Virus record (IMG/VR): IMGVR_UViG_3300036886_000243
Coordinates: 1-64,000 of that record
Source: a virus
Direction: 5' to 3' (one strand)
DNA length: 64,000 nucleotides
Shown: positions 12,251 to 21,530 of the stretch, one piece after another
Layout: every line of letters begins with the position of its first letter
Numbering within the stretch: position 1 is the stretch's first letter
Notes under the pieces: model-generated
What the model saw: the letters and a program-made list of their open reading frames with translations, nothing else
Database searches by the model: none
Told to the model about the DNA's origin: nothing
Position numbers and translations under genes: made by a program

Positions 12251-15064
12251 ATGACAAACTTTACGCAACTTTTAAAAAAAGTAATGCTATTGAGTGATCT
12301 CAATCAAGCTCAAACTGCTATAAATAACGAGAGAGCTAGGCGTACCGCTATAAATGGCAGTACTATACCGGCATGGTCGTTTTTACCAGTTAGTCGATAT
12401 GATTACGCTTCTGGTAATTTAATTACCAACGGCAATGGCGAAACAGTTTCACCTGCTCCTGCTATTTTTGGGAAGACTGGTGCAGCAGTAAATTCAACTT
12501 TTACTCAAAGCTCAACACACGTTCACTTAGGCTCTAACGCCTTCAACTTAGCTTACACGTCTGGTCTTACTCAATTTTATTGGGACTTTGCATCGCCTGA
12601 AAGTTTCACCAACTTGGGAGGCTTAGTACCAAATACTACTTATACACTTACTGCTTGGGTTTATGTGCCTTCGTCAATAATTTCATTATCAAACGTTACG
12701 CTTGCCATTTATTATAGCACAGATGGTGTTAGTTGGACAAACTTTGCCCAATCTAATTCACCAACTGCTTACAATGATTATCAGCGCTTAACTTTAATTT
12801 TTACTTTGCCACCAAGCACTACTGGAACTATTTTAAAACTACTCGTTAATGAAGTCGGGGCCACTAAACAACTTTGGGTTGATGATATATATCTTCGATC
12901 TAATACTCCAGCTGTAGTAGCTGATTTAAGAAATTCTATAAACAACATGATAAACTATAGCTGGACACAATCGGCTGTTGAATATGGTTATGAAACAGCC
13001 CTAGGTCAAAGCGAAATACTTTGGAAAATTAACAGACTAGAAGAGAACGCTGAAACTTGTAATTCTTCTTGTATTGGATTCTGTCAAGGTTGTTCAACAC
13101 AATGTGGAACTGCATGTGCTACTGGTTGTGGTGCGGCTTGTGCTACTGGTTGCGGTGGTAGTTGTGCAATTGGCTGTGGAACTGCTTGTGCAAGCGGTTG
13201 CGGGGCAGCATGTCAAATTACTTGTGGTGGAACTTGTAATGAAAGCTGTAGCAGCTGTACTGGTAGTTGTGCTACTGGTTGTTCAGGTACTTGTTTCCAT
13301 GGCGCTACAGGTGCTGGTTTATATACTTCGTGTAATTGTGGTACTAGCTGTAGTAGTACTTGTGGCTCTTCCTGTTCTGGATGTTATACGACATGTACGT
13401 CGAGTTGCGGAAGTGCTTGCGTAGGTGGTTGTGGTACCTCTTGTCAAAGTGGTTGTGGTACTGGATGCGCTGGAGGTTGTGGAACTGCATGTACTAATGG
13501 TTGTGGAACTGCATGTCAGAGCGGCTGTGGAACTTCTTGTCAAGCTGGCTGCGGAACCTGCGCATTACAATGTTATAATGCATGTACAGGAACTTGTGGT
13601 GGATTATGCGTTGTTACTTGTGGATCTAACTGCACAGCTATCGCATCATATGCAACTAGTTTAAGCCGATTTATTACATCGCCTTATTATTCTATTCTTC
13701 CAGGTACTATAGTAGAATCACTCTATGATGATCAACAAGTTGTGGGAACTACCGATGTTACTGCTTCGGTAGTTTTTGGATCTTACGTTGTAGTGGGATC
13801 TTCTAGTGGACGTATTGCTTCGTTTGATACGGTCCATAATTATTGGAAGTGGTATACTGGTTATTCAAACGGAACTTCAAATGGGCCGTTTAATGTTGGA
13901 ACAGCTGTAAACAATCAAGCCGTAATAAAGTTACTAGTCTTAGGCACTAAACTTATAGTAGTAACACAGAATTATGTTGCTTCTTATGACGGCACTAATT
14001 GGAAAAATTATGACGGGACTGGCACCGGAACTGGACCATTCGATAATAACACAGCAACGGGCGGATATGGTAACTCAGATGCTGTCGTATGGACTACTAA
14101 ATTAATCATCATTGGACTTACTACAACATTTAATGGTACAAATTTCCTTGCACATAATAGATTATCTTCTTTTGACGGCACGAATTGGAAATATTATAAT
14201 GGAACTGGGACTGGAACTGGACCATTTGCAATAGATGTAAAATCAGATAACACAATTGGAAATCTTTGGGGAGTTTCAGGTTGGTCTTTTAGTTACAACG
14301 TCAAATTAACAACCTACAACACTTATCTTATTGTGTTTGGCGGATCGTTAATTACAGAAGGTCCAGGTACACCATTTACCCACTCTAACGCTGGCTGTGC
14401 TTCATATGATGGGAACTGGAAATATTTTGATGGAACTGGAACTGGAACTGGGCCATTCTTTAATAGCGCTCTAGCCAACGGCGGCCCATTGCCACACGTT
14501 AATGGCACGCTCACGACTATAGCCACAATTGGTGCTTGCGGAAGTTATAACGGGCAACTGATAGTGACTGATTTTGCTTATGGTAATACTAGAATAGCTT
14601 CCTGGGATGGTAGCCATTGGAAAAATGCTGATGGTACAGGGACAGGGACTGGTGTCTTCTATACTGGTACAGCTATTTTAGGAGCTAGCGCTCATATATT
14701 AAAATTATTAGATTACGCACCCGGCGCAACGCATTTCTTAGTAATAACCTCTGATATAGCTAGTGCTTTAGCTTCTTGGAATGGAGCTAGCTGGAGAAAC
14801 TCTGATGGTACAGGTACTGGCACAGGACCATCAAACTCTGGCACTGCAGTAAATTCTCAAATAATTCAAACACTATCTACACTAATATACAGTGGTAAAA
14901 ATTATTTGGTACTTGGAGCTAGTGGTGGAAATATTGCATCTTATGACGGGACTACATGGCTAAATTACAATACTGTGCCTACAATAATTACAACTGGAAC
15001 CTATTTTACAAATAATCCACCAGCTGAGTATTTTGGAGTGACTGGTTATTATACGTCAATTTAA
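12251..15064 (+). CDS. Fibre-like protein with CBM-like domain, Cys-rich CXXX-repeat tract and 7-repeat (probable beta-propeller) C-terminus; putative radical SAM modification target
   Basis: CBM-like NLITNGNGE...YTLTAWVYVP...LWVDDIYL; 48 Cys in 192 aa (13058-13633); seven AS(Y/F/W)DG..WK..DGTGTGTGPF-type repeats. Confidence 0.85.
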   Translation: MTNFTQLLKKVMLLSDLNQAQTAINNERARRTAINGSTIPAWSFLPVSRYDYASGNLITNGNGETVSPAPAIFGKTGAAVNSTFTQSSTHVHLGSNAFNLAYTSGLTQFYWDFASPESFTNLGGLVPNTTYTLTAWVYVPSSIISLSNVTLAIYYSTDGVSWTNFAQSNSPTAYNDYQRLTLIFTLPPSTTGTILKLLVNEVGATKQLWVDDIYLRSNTPAVVADLRNSINNMINYSWTQSAVEYGYETALGQSEILWKINRLEENAETCNSSCIGFCQGCSTQCGTACATGCGAACATGCGGSCAIGCGTACASGCGAACQITCGGTCNESCSSCTGSCATGCSGTCFHGATGAGLYTSCNCGTSCSSTCGSSCSGCYTTCTSSCGSACVGGCGTSCQSGCGTGCAGGCGTACTNGCGTACQSGCGTSCQAGCGTCALQCYNACTGTCGGLCVVTCGSNCTAIASYATSLSRFITSPYYSILPGTIVESLYDDQQVVGTTDVTASVVFGSYVVVGSSSGRIASFDTVHNYWKWYTGYSNGTSNGPFNVGTAVNNQAVIKLLVLGTKLIVVTQNYVASYDGTNWKNYDGTGTGTGPFDNNTATGGYGNSDAVVWTTKLIIIGLTTTFNGTNFLAHNRLSSFDGTNWKYYNGTGTGTGPFAIDVKSDNTIGNLWGVSGWSFSYNVKLTTYNTYLIVFGGSLITEGPGTPFTHSNAGCASYDGNWKYFDGTGTGTGPFFNSALANGGPLPHVNGTLTTIATIGACGSYNGQLIVTDFAYGNTRIASWDGSHWKNADGTGTGTGVFYTGTAILGASAHILKLLDYAPGATHFLVITSDIASALASWNGASWRNSDGTGTGTGPSNSGTAVNSQIIQTLSTLIYSGKNYLVLGASGGNIASYDGTTWLNYNTVPTIITTGTYFTNNPPAEYFGVTGYYTSI
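13058..13633 (+). repeat. CxxxC (Cys every 4th residue) coding repeat, two blocks joined by FHGATGAGLYTS
   Basis: CGTACATGCGAACATGCGGSC...; 12/24-nt periodic tgtggaactgcatgt-like DNA units. Confidence 0.95.
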
Positions 15065-15076
15065 GGAGAATTTAAA

Positions 15077-16168
15077 ATGCCTGTTTTCATAAATCAAAAT
15101 TATACCGGGATAACATTCGCAGATTATCCAGTTTCAAATGTTGGGGTTTCAGCTTTTAATCTACAACACGACTGGTTTACTCAACAAGATTTATCAATCT
15201 ATACTGGAGCGGGTCATACTGGAACACAGCTTCTATTAGGAGTACACTATATTTTGGTAACACAAGCCACTGACTTGTCTGCTAACTGTACAGCTGTTCG
15301 AGGTATAACTATTAACGCTTACTATCAGATTCAAATAATAAATGTTACTTATCAAACAGGCAATCTATTTATTAGCGGTCGATATGTAGCTGACTCGCTT
15401 GACGCCTCAAAAGTTGAAGTATCGCCTACTATAGCAATATCAGGTAACTACACAATAATTCAAGACAAAATAAGATCTGTCCACGCTACTACTGGTGGTG
15501 GTACTGTAACTTTGACTTTACCTACAGGAACTATCAATGATTATCGAAGAGTGCGTTATGTCAAAGCAGACGCTGGCATTGGCACTGCCGTATTGGCTGT
15601 TGATATTAGTGATACAATAGGTCCTAGTGGAACAAGTTTCACATTATATTCTCAGGGTGATTATATTGATGTAGAGTATGAAGCACTAACTCATATTTGG
15701 TGGCCAATTGGTAATCGTGTATTACCAACAGCAGACATTTATTTGGGCAAACCGATTTATTTTACAACAGCCAACACAAGTAGATCGTTAGTTTCGACAA
15801 CACCTCCAATCGTAGCAAACTTTTCCACAGCAATACAAGCCACTGGTTTGGTTGGTATTCCTGCTAGCGCTAAAGCTATTATAGTAACTATTGATATAGA
15901 AGGGACAGTAGATAACACACCTTGTGAATTGTTGTTAGGCTTCTCAGATAACAATACAACTACCCCTTCTATTTCAACTAGCCATGCAAAGGCTCGTCTA
16001 TATGCTTCTGTAGGTGGGACTTTTAGTGGAACATGGAAAAATGATCCTGTCCAAGTTATCATACCATTAAATTCACTTGGGCAATTCTATACTTATACAA
16101 TAACTTTGAGTAACATCACAGGATCTACATATAACGTAATTGCTAACGGATATTACACCGGTCTTTAA
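15077..16168 (+). CDS. Putative tail fibre/virion protein
   Basis: T/G/I-rich, TVTLTLPT...VKADAG..AV fibre-type segment, SD aaggag, lies in the tail module. Confidence 0.6.
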   Translation: MPVFINQNYTGITFADYPVSNVGVSAFNLQHDWFTQQDLSIYTGAGHTGTQLLLGVHYILVTQATDLSANCTAVRGITINAYYQIQIINVTYQTGNLFISGRYVADSLDASKVEVSPTIAISGNYTIIQDKIRSVHATTGGGTVTLTLPTGTINDYRRVRYVKADAGIGTAVLAVDISDTIGPSGTSFTLYSQGDYIDVEYEALTHIWWPIGNRVLPTADIYLGKPIYFTTANTSRSLVSTTPPIVANFSTAIQATGLVGIPASAKAIIVTIDIEGTVDNTPCELLLGFSDNNTTTPSISTSHAKARLYASVGGTFSGTWKNDPVQVIIPLNSLGQFYTYTITLSNITGSTYNVIANGYYTGL

Positions 16169-16182
16169 AGAAAGGTCATTAA

Positions 16183-17409
16183 GTGATAAGTGAAAAGCTA
16201 GATTCTCAAATAGCCAAAGGCGCTCCGCAATACAAAGCGGGAGAAGCCAAAGATATAACTTTCTGTGTCACACAAGCTTGTAACTTAAGATGTCGCTACT
16301 GCTATATTGTAGGAGCTGATAATCATAAGAGTCTTACTAAAGATCAAGCCAAGAAAAACATAGATTTTATTTTTGATAATCCCGAACTCTTTTATGAGAA
16401 CTCTGTTATTTGGAATTTTATAGGCGGAGAGCCTCTCTTAGAAATTGAGCTGATTGACTACATGTGCGACTATTTAAAAATAAGAATGTATGAAAAACGA
16501 TCAGATGATTGGTTAAGCGATCACATGTTTTGTTTTTCAACTAATGGAACATTGTATCATAAGCCGGAAGTTCGAAAATTCATAAATAAGAACAAGGATC
16601 ATCTCTCAATTGGTTTTTCAATAGACGGCGTAAAAGAACTTCATGATAAATACAGAGTTTATCAAGATGGTAGAGGTAGCTTTGAAGATGTTTTAAAAAA
16701 TGTACCTTTATATGTAGCTGATTTTCAACATCACCCAACTACTAAAGCTACTTTATCACATGACTCTTTACCTTATATTTTTGAGTCAATCAAATTTCTT
16801 TCGACTTTAGGTTTAGACATTTACATGAATACCGTCTTTGAAGATATTTGGCAAGATGGTGATGATGATATATACTATGACCAGCTTTTACAAGCAGCTG
16901 ATTGGCTTATTGAAACAGGAAAGTGGCGTACACAGGTTGTGAGTTTGTTTGACTCAGCATTAATTGGACCACGCAATAATAATAACAAAAATTGGTGTGG
17001 TTCTGGTAAGATGTTGCACATAGACATAAACGGTAAACTTTTTCCATGTACTCGACTCGCTCCATATTCTATGACTTATAGAAAAGAAGGATTTTCTTTT
17101 GGAGATATAGAGCGGGGATATGACCAAAATAAACTAGATGCTTTTCTCAATTTGACTAAGCCTGATCAGAGCGATATGAGTTGTTTAAGTTGCGACATAG
17201 ATGATGGATGTGCTTGGTGTACAGGCTGGAACTATGATAGATACGGCTCAATATTCAAAAGAGCCACCTTCATATGTAAAATGCATAAGGCCAGAATGAA
17301 AGCCAATAGATACTACTTTAATAGACTAGAAAGCTTGATAAAAAGTGAAAGTTTTGAAAACAGTCTAAAAGAGAATGCTCCCATCTGGGAAGCCTTAGCA
17401 AAGGAATAA
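16183..17409 (+). CDS. Radical SAM/SPASM peptide maturase, CXXX-repeat target family (TIGR04115-like)
   Basis: CNLRCRYC SAM motif, FIGGEPLLE, STNG, SIDG; SPASM NWCGSG..LFPCTRL..CLSCDIDDGCAWCTGWNYD..RATFICKMHKAR. Confidence 0.93.
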   Translation: MISEKLDSQIAKGAPQYKAGEAKDITFCVTQACNLRCRYCYIVGADNHKSLTKDQAKKNIDFIFDNPELFYENSVIWNFIGGEPLLEIELIDYMCDYLKIRMYEKRSDDWLSDHMFCFSTNGTLYHKPEVRKFINKNKDHLSIGFSIDGVKELHDKYRVYQDGRGSFEDVLKNVPLYVADFQHHPTTKATLSHDSLPYIFESIKFLSTLGLDIYMNTVFEDIWQDGDDDIYYDQLLQAADWLIETGKWRTQVVSLFDSALIGPRNNNNKNWCGSGKMLHIDINGKLFPCTRLAPYSMTYRKEGFSFGDIERGYDQNKLDAFLNLTKPDQSDMSCLSCDIDDGCAWCTGWNYDRYGSIFKRATFICKMHKARMKANRYYFNRLESLIKSESFENSLKENAPIWEALAKE

Positions 17410-17410
17410 T

Positions 17411-18115
17411 ATGGTTCTTTATTATCTAAGTGGTAAAATTCATAGCGACTGTCATTATGAAGACTTAGAGCTTGATGATATTGACATAGCCTTAGCCACA
17501 AAATTAGCCGACGAGAAACAAATATATTTGCAAGAATTTAGTGCATCGGAGTTTTCAGAGGACGGTTTAGATTTTCCAATTAATGAAAGTACTTGCAATA
17601 AAAGAATTTTAGCACCTGACATGAACATCTATTATTGTCCTGGATTTGTAGAATTGAAAGAACCTATTTGCTCTCTGAGAGAGTTTAATGAAGAAGATTT
17701 CGATAAAAAGCTTGAGGACTTCTATTTCAAAAAACTTTATATGTGTACAAGTCCCAACGTAGAAGACGTGAGAAGATTTTGTCCGGTGAAAACTAAATGT
17801 GATAAAAAAATGTGCTATTATCTAAATCACAAACTGACTGGTGATAATAGATTTCCTTTTAGCGATTTCTGCATAGTTAAGGAAAACAGGTACACTAAAA
17901 AAATGGACACGAATAATATAGATATTTTACCAATACTCTTAAATTGTTTAATAAAACAAAATGAGGCTATTCACTCTTTGGGAACTGCTCATCCAAATCC
18001 AGTAGTCAAAAATAGACTGCTCAATTTAGTTGAAGAAGTCAATGAAAATATCTCGACTGTTATTGACAGAATGGAACAAGCTGTAAAGCAAGATGGAGAA
18101 GAGGATGTCCCTTGA
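17411..18115 (+). CDS. CXXX-repeat peptide maturase partner (TIGR04119-like), shortened SPASM-type protein
   Basis: N-terminal SDCHYE; CNKRILAPDMNIYYCPGF; KCDKKMCYYLNHKLTGDNRFPFSDFC; starts 1 nt after the radical SAM stop. Confidence 0.72.
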   Translation: MVLYYLSGKIHSDCHYEDLELDDIDIALATKLADEKQIYLQEFSASEFSEDGLDFPINESTCNKRILAPDMNIYYCPGFVELKEPICSLREFNEEDFDKKLEDFYFKKLYMCTSPNVEDVRRFCPVKTKCDKKMCYYLNHKLTGDNRFPFSDFCIVKENRYTKKMDTNNIDILPILLNCLIKQNEAIHSLGTAHPNPVVKNRLLNLVEEVNENISTVIDRMEQAVKQDGEEDVP

Positions 18116-18293
18116 AAAAGGAATATATCACGGCAAAGAGAAACGCAAGCCCTATTACGACTCGCGCAGATTTGATTGGTCTTGTAAGCAGCATGGTGGA
18201 TGTGCCTGGTGCTATAGCAATCGTAAAGGGAAAGATTTAACTCGACTTCGAGAATGGACTCGAGCACAAATAGAAGAAATAGAAAGGAGCTAA
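18105..18293 (+). CDS. Small basic phage protein with CxxHGGCxWC motif
   Basis: MSLEKGIYHGKEKRKPY..SCKQHGGCAWCYSNR; ATG 18105 preceded by purine-rich ggagaagagg. Confidence 0.6.
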   Translation: MSLEKGIYHGKEKRKPYYDSRRFDWSCKQHGGCAWCYSNRKGKDLTRLREWTRAQIEEIERS

Positions 18294-18294
18294 G

Positions 18295-18576
18295 ATGCGA
18301 AAAATAGTTGGTCATGTCACTCAAGCGGAGAAAGAAGAAATTCAAAATATCTTCAATCGAAAACGAGGTCTAGAAGAGTTATTCAATTCTCTCGTATCAA
18401 CTAAGGCTGACGTCAAAAATAATCCAACTTATGATAGGCTGCTAAAAGATTATACTGACACTACTACTCAGTTTCACGATTGGTGGAGCATGACATCTCA
18501 GAGATATCTTTGGGAAGGCATAGACAGTAAATCTTGGTTGATTGATTTTAATACTAACGAAATTTACTTAGAGTAG
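18295..18576 (+). CDS. CXXX-repeat peptide modification system accessory protein (TIGR04116-like)
   Basis: MRKIVGHVTQAEKEEIQNIFNRKRGLEEL...YDRLLKD...FHDWWSMTSQRYLWE...WLIDFNTNEIYL matches my recollection of the family; SD aaggag. Confidence 0.85.
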   Translation: MRKIVGHVTQAEKEEIQNIFNRKRGLEELFNSLVSTKADVKNNPTYDRLLKDYTDTTTQFHDWWSMTSQRYLWEGIDSKSWLIDFNTNEIYLE

Positions 18577-18589
18577 AGATACTCTCCTT

Positions 18590-18618
18590 AGCCGGTACTC
18601 TTTTGGTACCGGCTTTTT
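18590..18618 (+). terminator. Intrinsic terminator closing the tail/CXXX operon
   Basis: agccggtac-tcttttg-gtaccggct followed by tttt. Confidence 0.85.
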
Positions 18619-18622
18619 GTAG

Positions 18623-18630
18623 CAAGATAA
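18623..18630 (+). promoter_or_regulatory. CAAGATAA putative phage (late-type) promoter
   Basis: Recurrent intergenic motif; ATG 4 nt downstream, no SD. Confidence 0.65.
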
Positions 18631-18634
18631 TTTC

Positions 18635-18910
18635 ATGAGATGGGAAGCGGGACAAAAATATTACTACATCATCCACTACAAAGAAGGCGAGATTGGTGCT
18701 GTTGTAGTAGTTCCCAAAAAAGACTCTAACGACTTTTATCCCATACTTAAGATTGAAAAAATACTAACACCCGATGTATATTTAGGACACTCTGATAGAA
18801 TTATCGAAGGCCACGAGATTAGTGCTAATGAACTACAAGGCGGGGCTGCCGAAAATCATTATTTTGATCAATATGAGTTTATAGAAAGAATTTTTATCGG
18901 AGATCCTTAG
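18635..18910 (+). CDS. Hypothetical protein (C-terminal FIERIF motif group)
   Basis: ORF directly after the CAAGATAA motif. Confidence 0.55.
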   Translation: MRWEAGQKYYYIIHYKEGEIGAVVVVPKKDSNDFYPILKIEKILTPDVYLGHSDRIIEGHEISANELQGGAAENHYFDQYEFIERIFIGDP

Positions 18911-20091
18911 TCGGGTAGTTTGTGGAAGTGGGCAATCACTTCGGAACAAGATTCGCCGCTCAGTTTAAGTGAAGGCTCCTGTTCAAGCGATTCTTCAAAG
19001 TTTATCAGAGCTTCATCACTCAAAAAATCCCACGGCTCAATCAACCCTTTTATTTCTTCTTCAGAAAGAGTAGGCATAAAAATAGTAGATTCAAAACGCT
19101 TGGCCCGAACTACTTCTTGTTCTTCTTCTAACTCATCAGCAATAGACTTACGAAGAATTCCTATCAACCAGCTATTAGCCCAATTAAAATCAGGCTTCTT
19201 GGGTAGTTTTGTAGTCTTGTAGGCCTCATCAGCTGCTTTCTCGTATTTGTCATATAAGGCCATCAACTCATTCAAGTCTAGTTTAGCCTCTCGAACAGCA
19301 AGAATATCTTCTCTGGCTTGACCAGAGATAGGATAGCGTAATTCACCAGTAGCGAGAAGATCTACAGCCTCAGCGAGAATACGAATCAGGTGATAGCCGA
19401 ATTTCACATCATAGCCAAGGGTCTCAAAAGTCTTTGTGTGTACTCTCCAGCCATATGTGTCATATTCGGTCTTGAGGTGTTCATAAATCATTTTGATACT
19501 CATGCCAAGGTGAAAAGACTCGCAGTTCGCTCGCATGTTCTTGTAATACTTCAACATGCTGTTAAGCTGGTTGGCGTCAGTTTCGTTTATAGCAATATCG
19601 TCTCTATCTCTTTCTTCAGGACTGAAGGAGTCGACTATCCAGTCTAGGCCTTTAGCCAGGCTGGTGAATCTCTCACTCTTTACGGTGAGTTTCTTCTTTT
19701 GAGAATAAGCGTAGCCTTTGAATGTGTGATAGATTTTTTGAGAGATGATTTTGTCTCTGTTCGCCACAAGACTTTGCCATTCTGGTGAGGTCATCAAGAT
19801 GTTTTCTGGCGTAGCGAAGAAAAACTCTACAATGTTAGGGTTGTTTTCCAAAGCTAAGTGAAGATATTTGGGTAGGGCGTAAACCTTATCGTCTATATCT
19901 TCTGAGGTGTTTCTTGTTCCTGCTGCGGAACTCTTAGTCGAGTTATCTACTTCTTCTACATGCTTGAGACCAAGAATATACTCGCTCTTGGGAATAAACA
20001 CACCACCAAAGTCCTCATCCGACTCTGGATGATTCAGACCATAGAGATGGGACCCCGTGCGCAGTTTGAAAATCAATCGTCCTTGTTCCAT
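18907..20091 (-). CDS. RlaP/YcgL-like (Pol-beta superfamily) nucleotidyltransferase
   Basis: TGSHLYGLNHPESDEDFGGVFIP, NNPNIVEFFF, FKGYAYSQ, YDVKFGYHLIRIL, LPKKPD. Confidence 0.85.
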   Translation of the reverse strand: MEQGRLIFKLRTGSHLYGLNHPESDEDFGGVFIPKSEYILGLKHVEEVDNSTKSSAAGTRNTSEDIDDKVYALPKYLHLALENNPNIVEFFFATPENILMTSPEWQSLVANRDKIISQKIYHTFKGYAYSQKKKLTVKSERFTSLAKGLDWIVDSFSPEERDRDDIAINETDANQLNSMLKYYKNMRANCESFHLGMSIKMIYEHLKTEYDTYGWRVHTKTFETLGYDVKFGYHLIRILAEAVDLLATGELRYPISGQAREDILAVREAKLDLNELMALYDKYEKAADEAYKTTKLPKKPDFNWANSWLIGILRKSIADELEEEQEVVRAKRFESTIFMPTLSEEEIKGLIEPWDFLSDEALINFEESLEQEPSLKLSGESCSEVIAHFHKLPD

Positions 20092-20104
20092 ACGTGTGTT
20101 TCCT

Positions 20105-20122
20105 ATATTAGATTACTATCGA
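20105..20122 (-). promoter_or_regulatory. TCGATAG-N5-TAATAT promoter (TCGACAG class)
   Basis: Reverse complement reads tcgatag taatc taatat agga..ATG. Confidence 0.6.
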
Positions 20123-20133
20123 AGCTAAATATG

Positions 20134-20141
20134 CAAGATAA
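20134..20141 (+). promoter_or_regulatory. CAAGATAA putative promoter
   Basis: ATG at 20148, 6 nt downstream. Confidence 0.65.
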
Positions 20142-20147
20142 TTTCTA

Positions 20148-20432
20148 ATGGAAATAGTAACTAGATTTATGGACGTCAAACCCGGAATGTATTTTTCAAG
20201 TGAAAAATGGGGTGCTGGCCGTCGGGCACTTGTACTTAAAAAAAGTGCTGAGAAAATCACAATGTTGATGTTATCCAAAGATTCAGCTGAAGTTTGGGTT
20301 TCATCTAATGAATGGCGATCGTCAGAATGGAAAGAAACATGGATGGGACTTGAGAAGCCAGCCCTGCTTAGTTTTTCTCAACGCAGAAATATATTTAGGG
20401 AAATATTCAAGAAAGAATTGAGGTACGCCTAA
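20148..20432 (+). CDS. Hypothetical protein (RRNIFREIF C-terminal motif)
   Basis: ORF track; stop coupled (TAATG) to the next gene. Confidence 0.55.
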   Translation: MEIVTRFMDVKPGMYFSSEKWGAGRRALVLKKSAEKITMLMLSKDSAEVWVSSNEWRSSEWKETWMGLEKPALLSFSQRRNIFREIFKKELRYA

Positions 20433-20760
20433 TGGCCTTTCATATGTGTCCCAGGTGTAGCAACCCGATAGCTCATTATGACCGCGAGGATAGCGAACAA
20501 GAAGATGTATATTATTGTAACTTGTGTGGTTGGTCGTATGAAAACGAAGAACACAAAAATCCAAAAAAAGCAAATTGATAGAAGCTAGAAAAATGGCCAA
20601 AATCATTAGGCTAATTGATAGTGAAAAGCTCAACAATAAAGACTACTTTAACCACTTGATATTAGACATTGAAGATATAATAGAAAACGAACCTAAATCT
20701 ATTTCTTATAGGGACTTTAGTAAGATAGTAATAGGACTTATTTTTTCACCAACTCAATAG
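20432..20760 (+). CDS. Zinc-ribbon protein, paralog of 21530..21904, frameshifted in an A7 run (20563-20569)
   Basis: MAFHMCPRC..YYCNLCGWSYEN..NPK joined to SKLIEARKMAKII aligns with CPYC..CPLCGWQLYEN..PKPRQLKEAKKIVAVI. Confidence 0.6.
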
Positions 20761-20769
20761 GAGGAATGG

Positions 20770-21530
20770 ATGGATATTTTACAGGACTTGATTAGACCTT
20801 TTATGCCGAAGCCGAATTTACTTTATCCCACAAGAATAGACTCACGAGGAGACCATGTTAATGTAATATCTGACCTACAAAGAGATCTATTACCCGGAGA
20901 TGTTCTCCTATTTAGAGTGTTTGATAAAAACGATTTCTTAGGCAACGTTGTTAGCCATATTACAGATTCGCCCTATTCTCACGCAGAGTGGCATATAGAA
21001 CACGGTTATGCTATTTCAGCTGACGCTGGCGGAGTAGGCTACGAAGACGTCATCAATCAAACTAACCACTTAGACGTTCTTAGGCTTAATAGACCGTTGA
21101 CAGAGGATGAATATATTGGAATGAAAGTAGCTGCACTTAAAGCTATTGGCTTACCCTACAACTATCTTAATTTAGCTGCCTTTGAATACTTGAGTGAAGA
21201 AGAAGCGCTGCAAATGTCTGGCGGACAATCTTTTATGTGTAGTCAATTAGTGTCTTGGTTATTCTTGCAAAAGAACATTCAGCTCATTACTGGGCAATCT
21301 ACAGCAAAGCAATCACCTTGTGATCTTGGAAGATCAGCAATTCTCAATTATATTGGTACTTATGTGTATATGGTAGAAAAATTGAGGGCTATTGGAGAAA
21401 CAAAAATTTGGAAGATCATGATAATGCTTTCGCAGATTTCATTGCCAACTTTATGGATCTATTTTCAAAAAAGGACGAATTCTATAAGGGCTTGGCCGAA
21501 CGAAATGACTTTTTAGCAGGCAAGGATTAA
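20770..21530 (+). CDS. Permuted papain-like (YaeF/YiiX, NlpC/P60) amidase/peptidase; probable frameshift near 21365
   Basis: LLPGDVLLF, SPYSHAEW, GLPYN, FMCSQLV; the alternative frame continues YGRKIEG..LAGKD to a TAA coupled with ATG 21530. Confidence 0.75.

Noticed and set aside
13058-13633. Metallothionein/keratin-associated eukaryotic-like sequence or contamination
   Set aside because: It is in frame within a phage-like gene with matching codon usage and sits next to matching CXXX maturases.
13074-13664. Val/Leu-rich overlapping ORFs
   Set aside because: Frame-shifted reading of the Cys repeat DNA.
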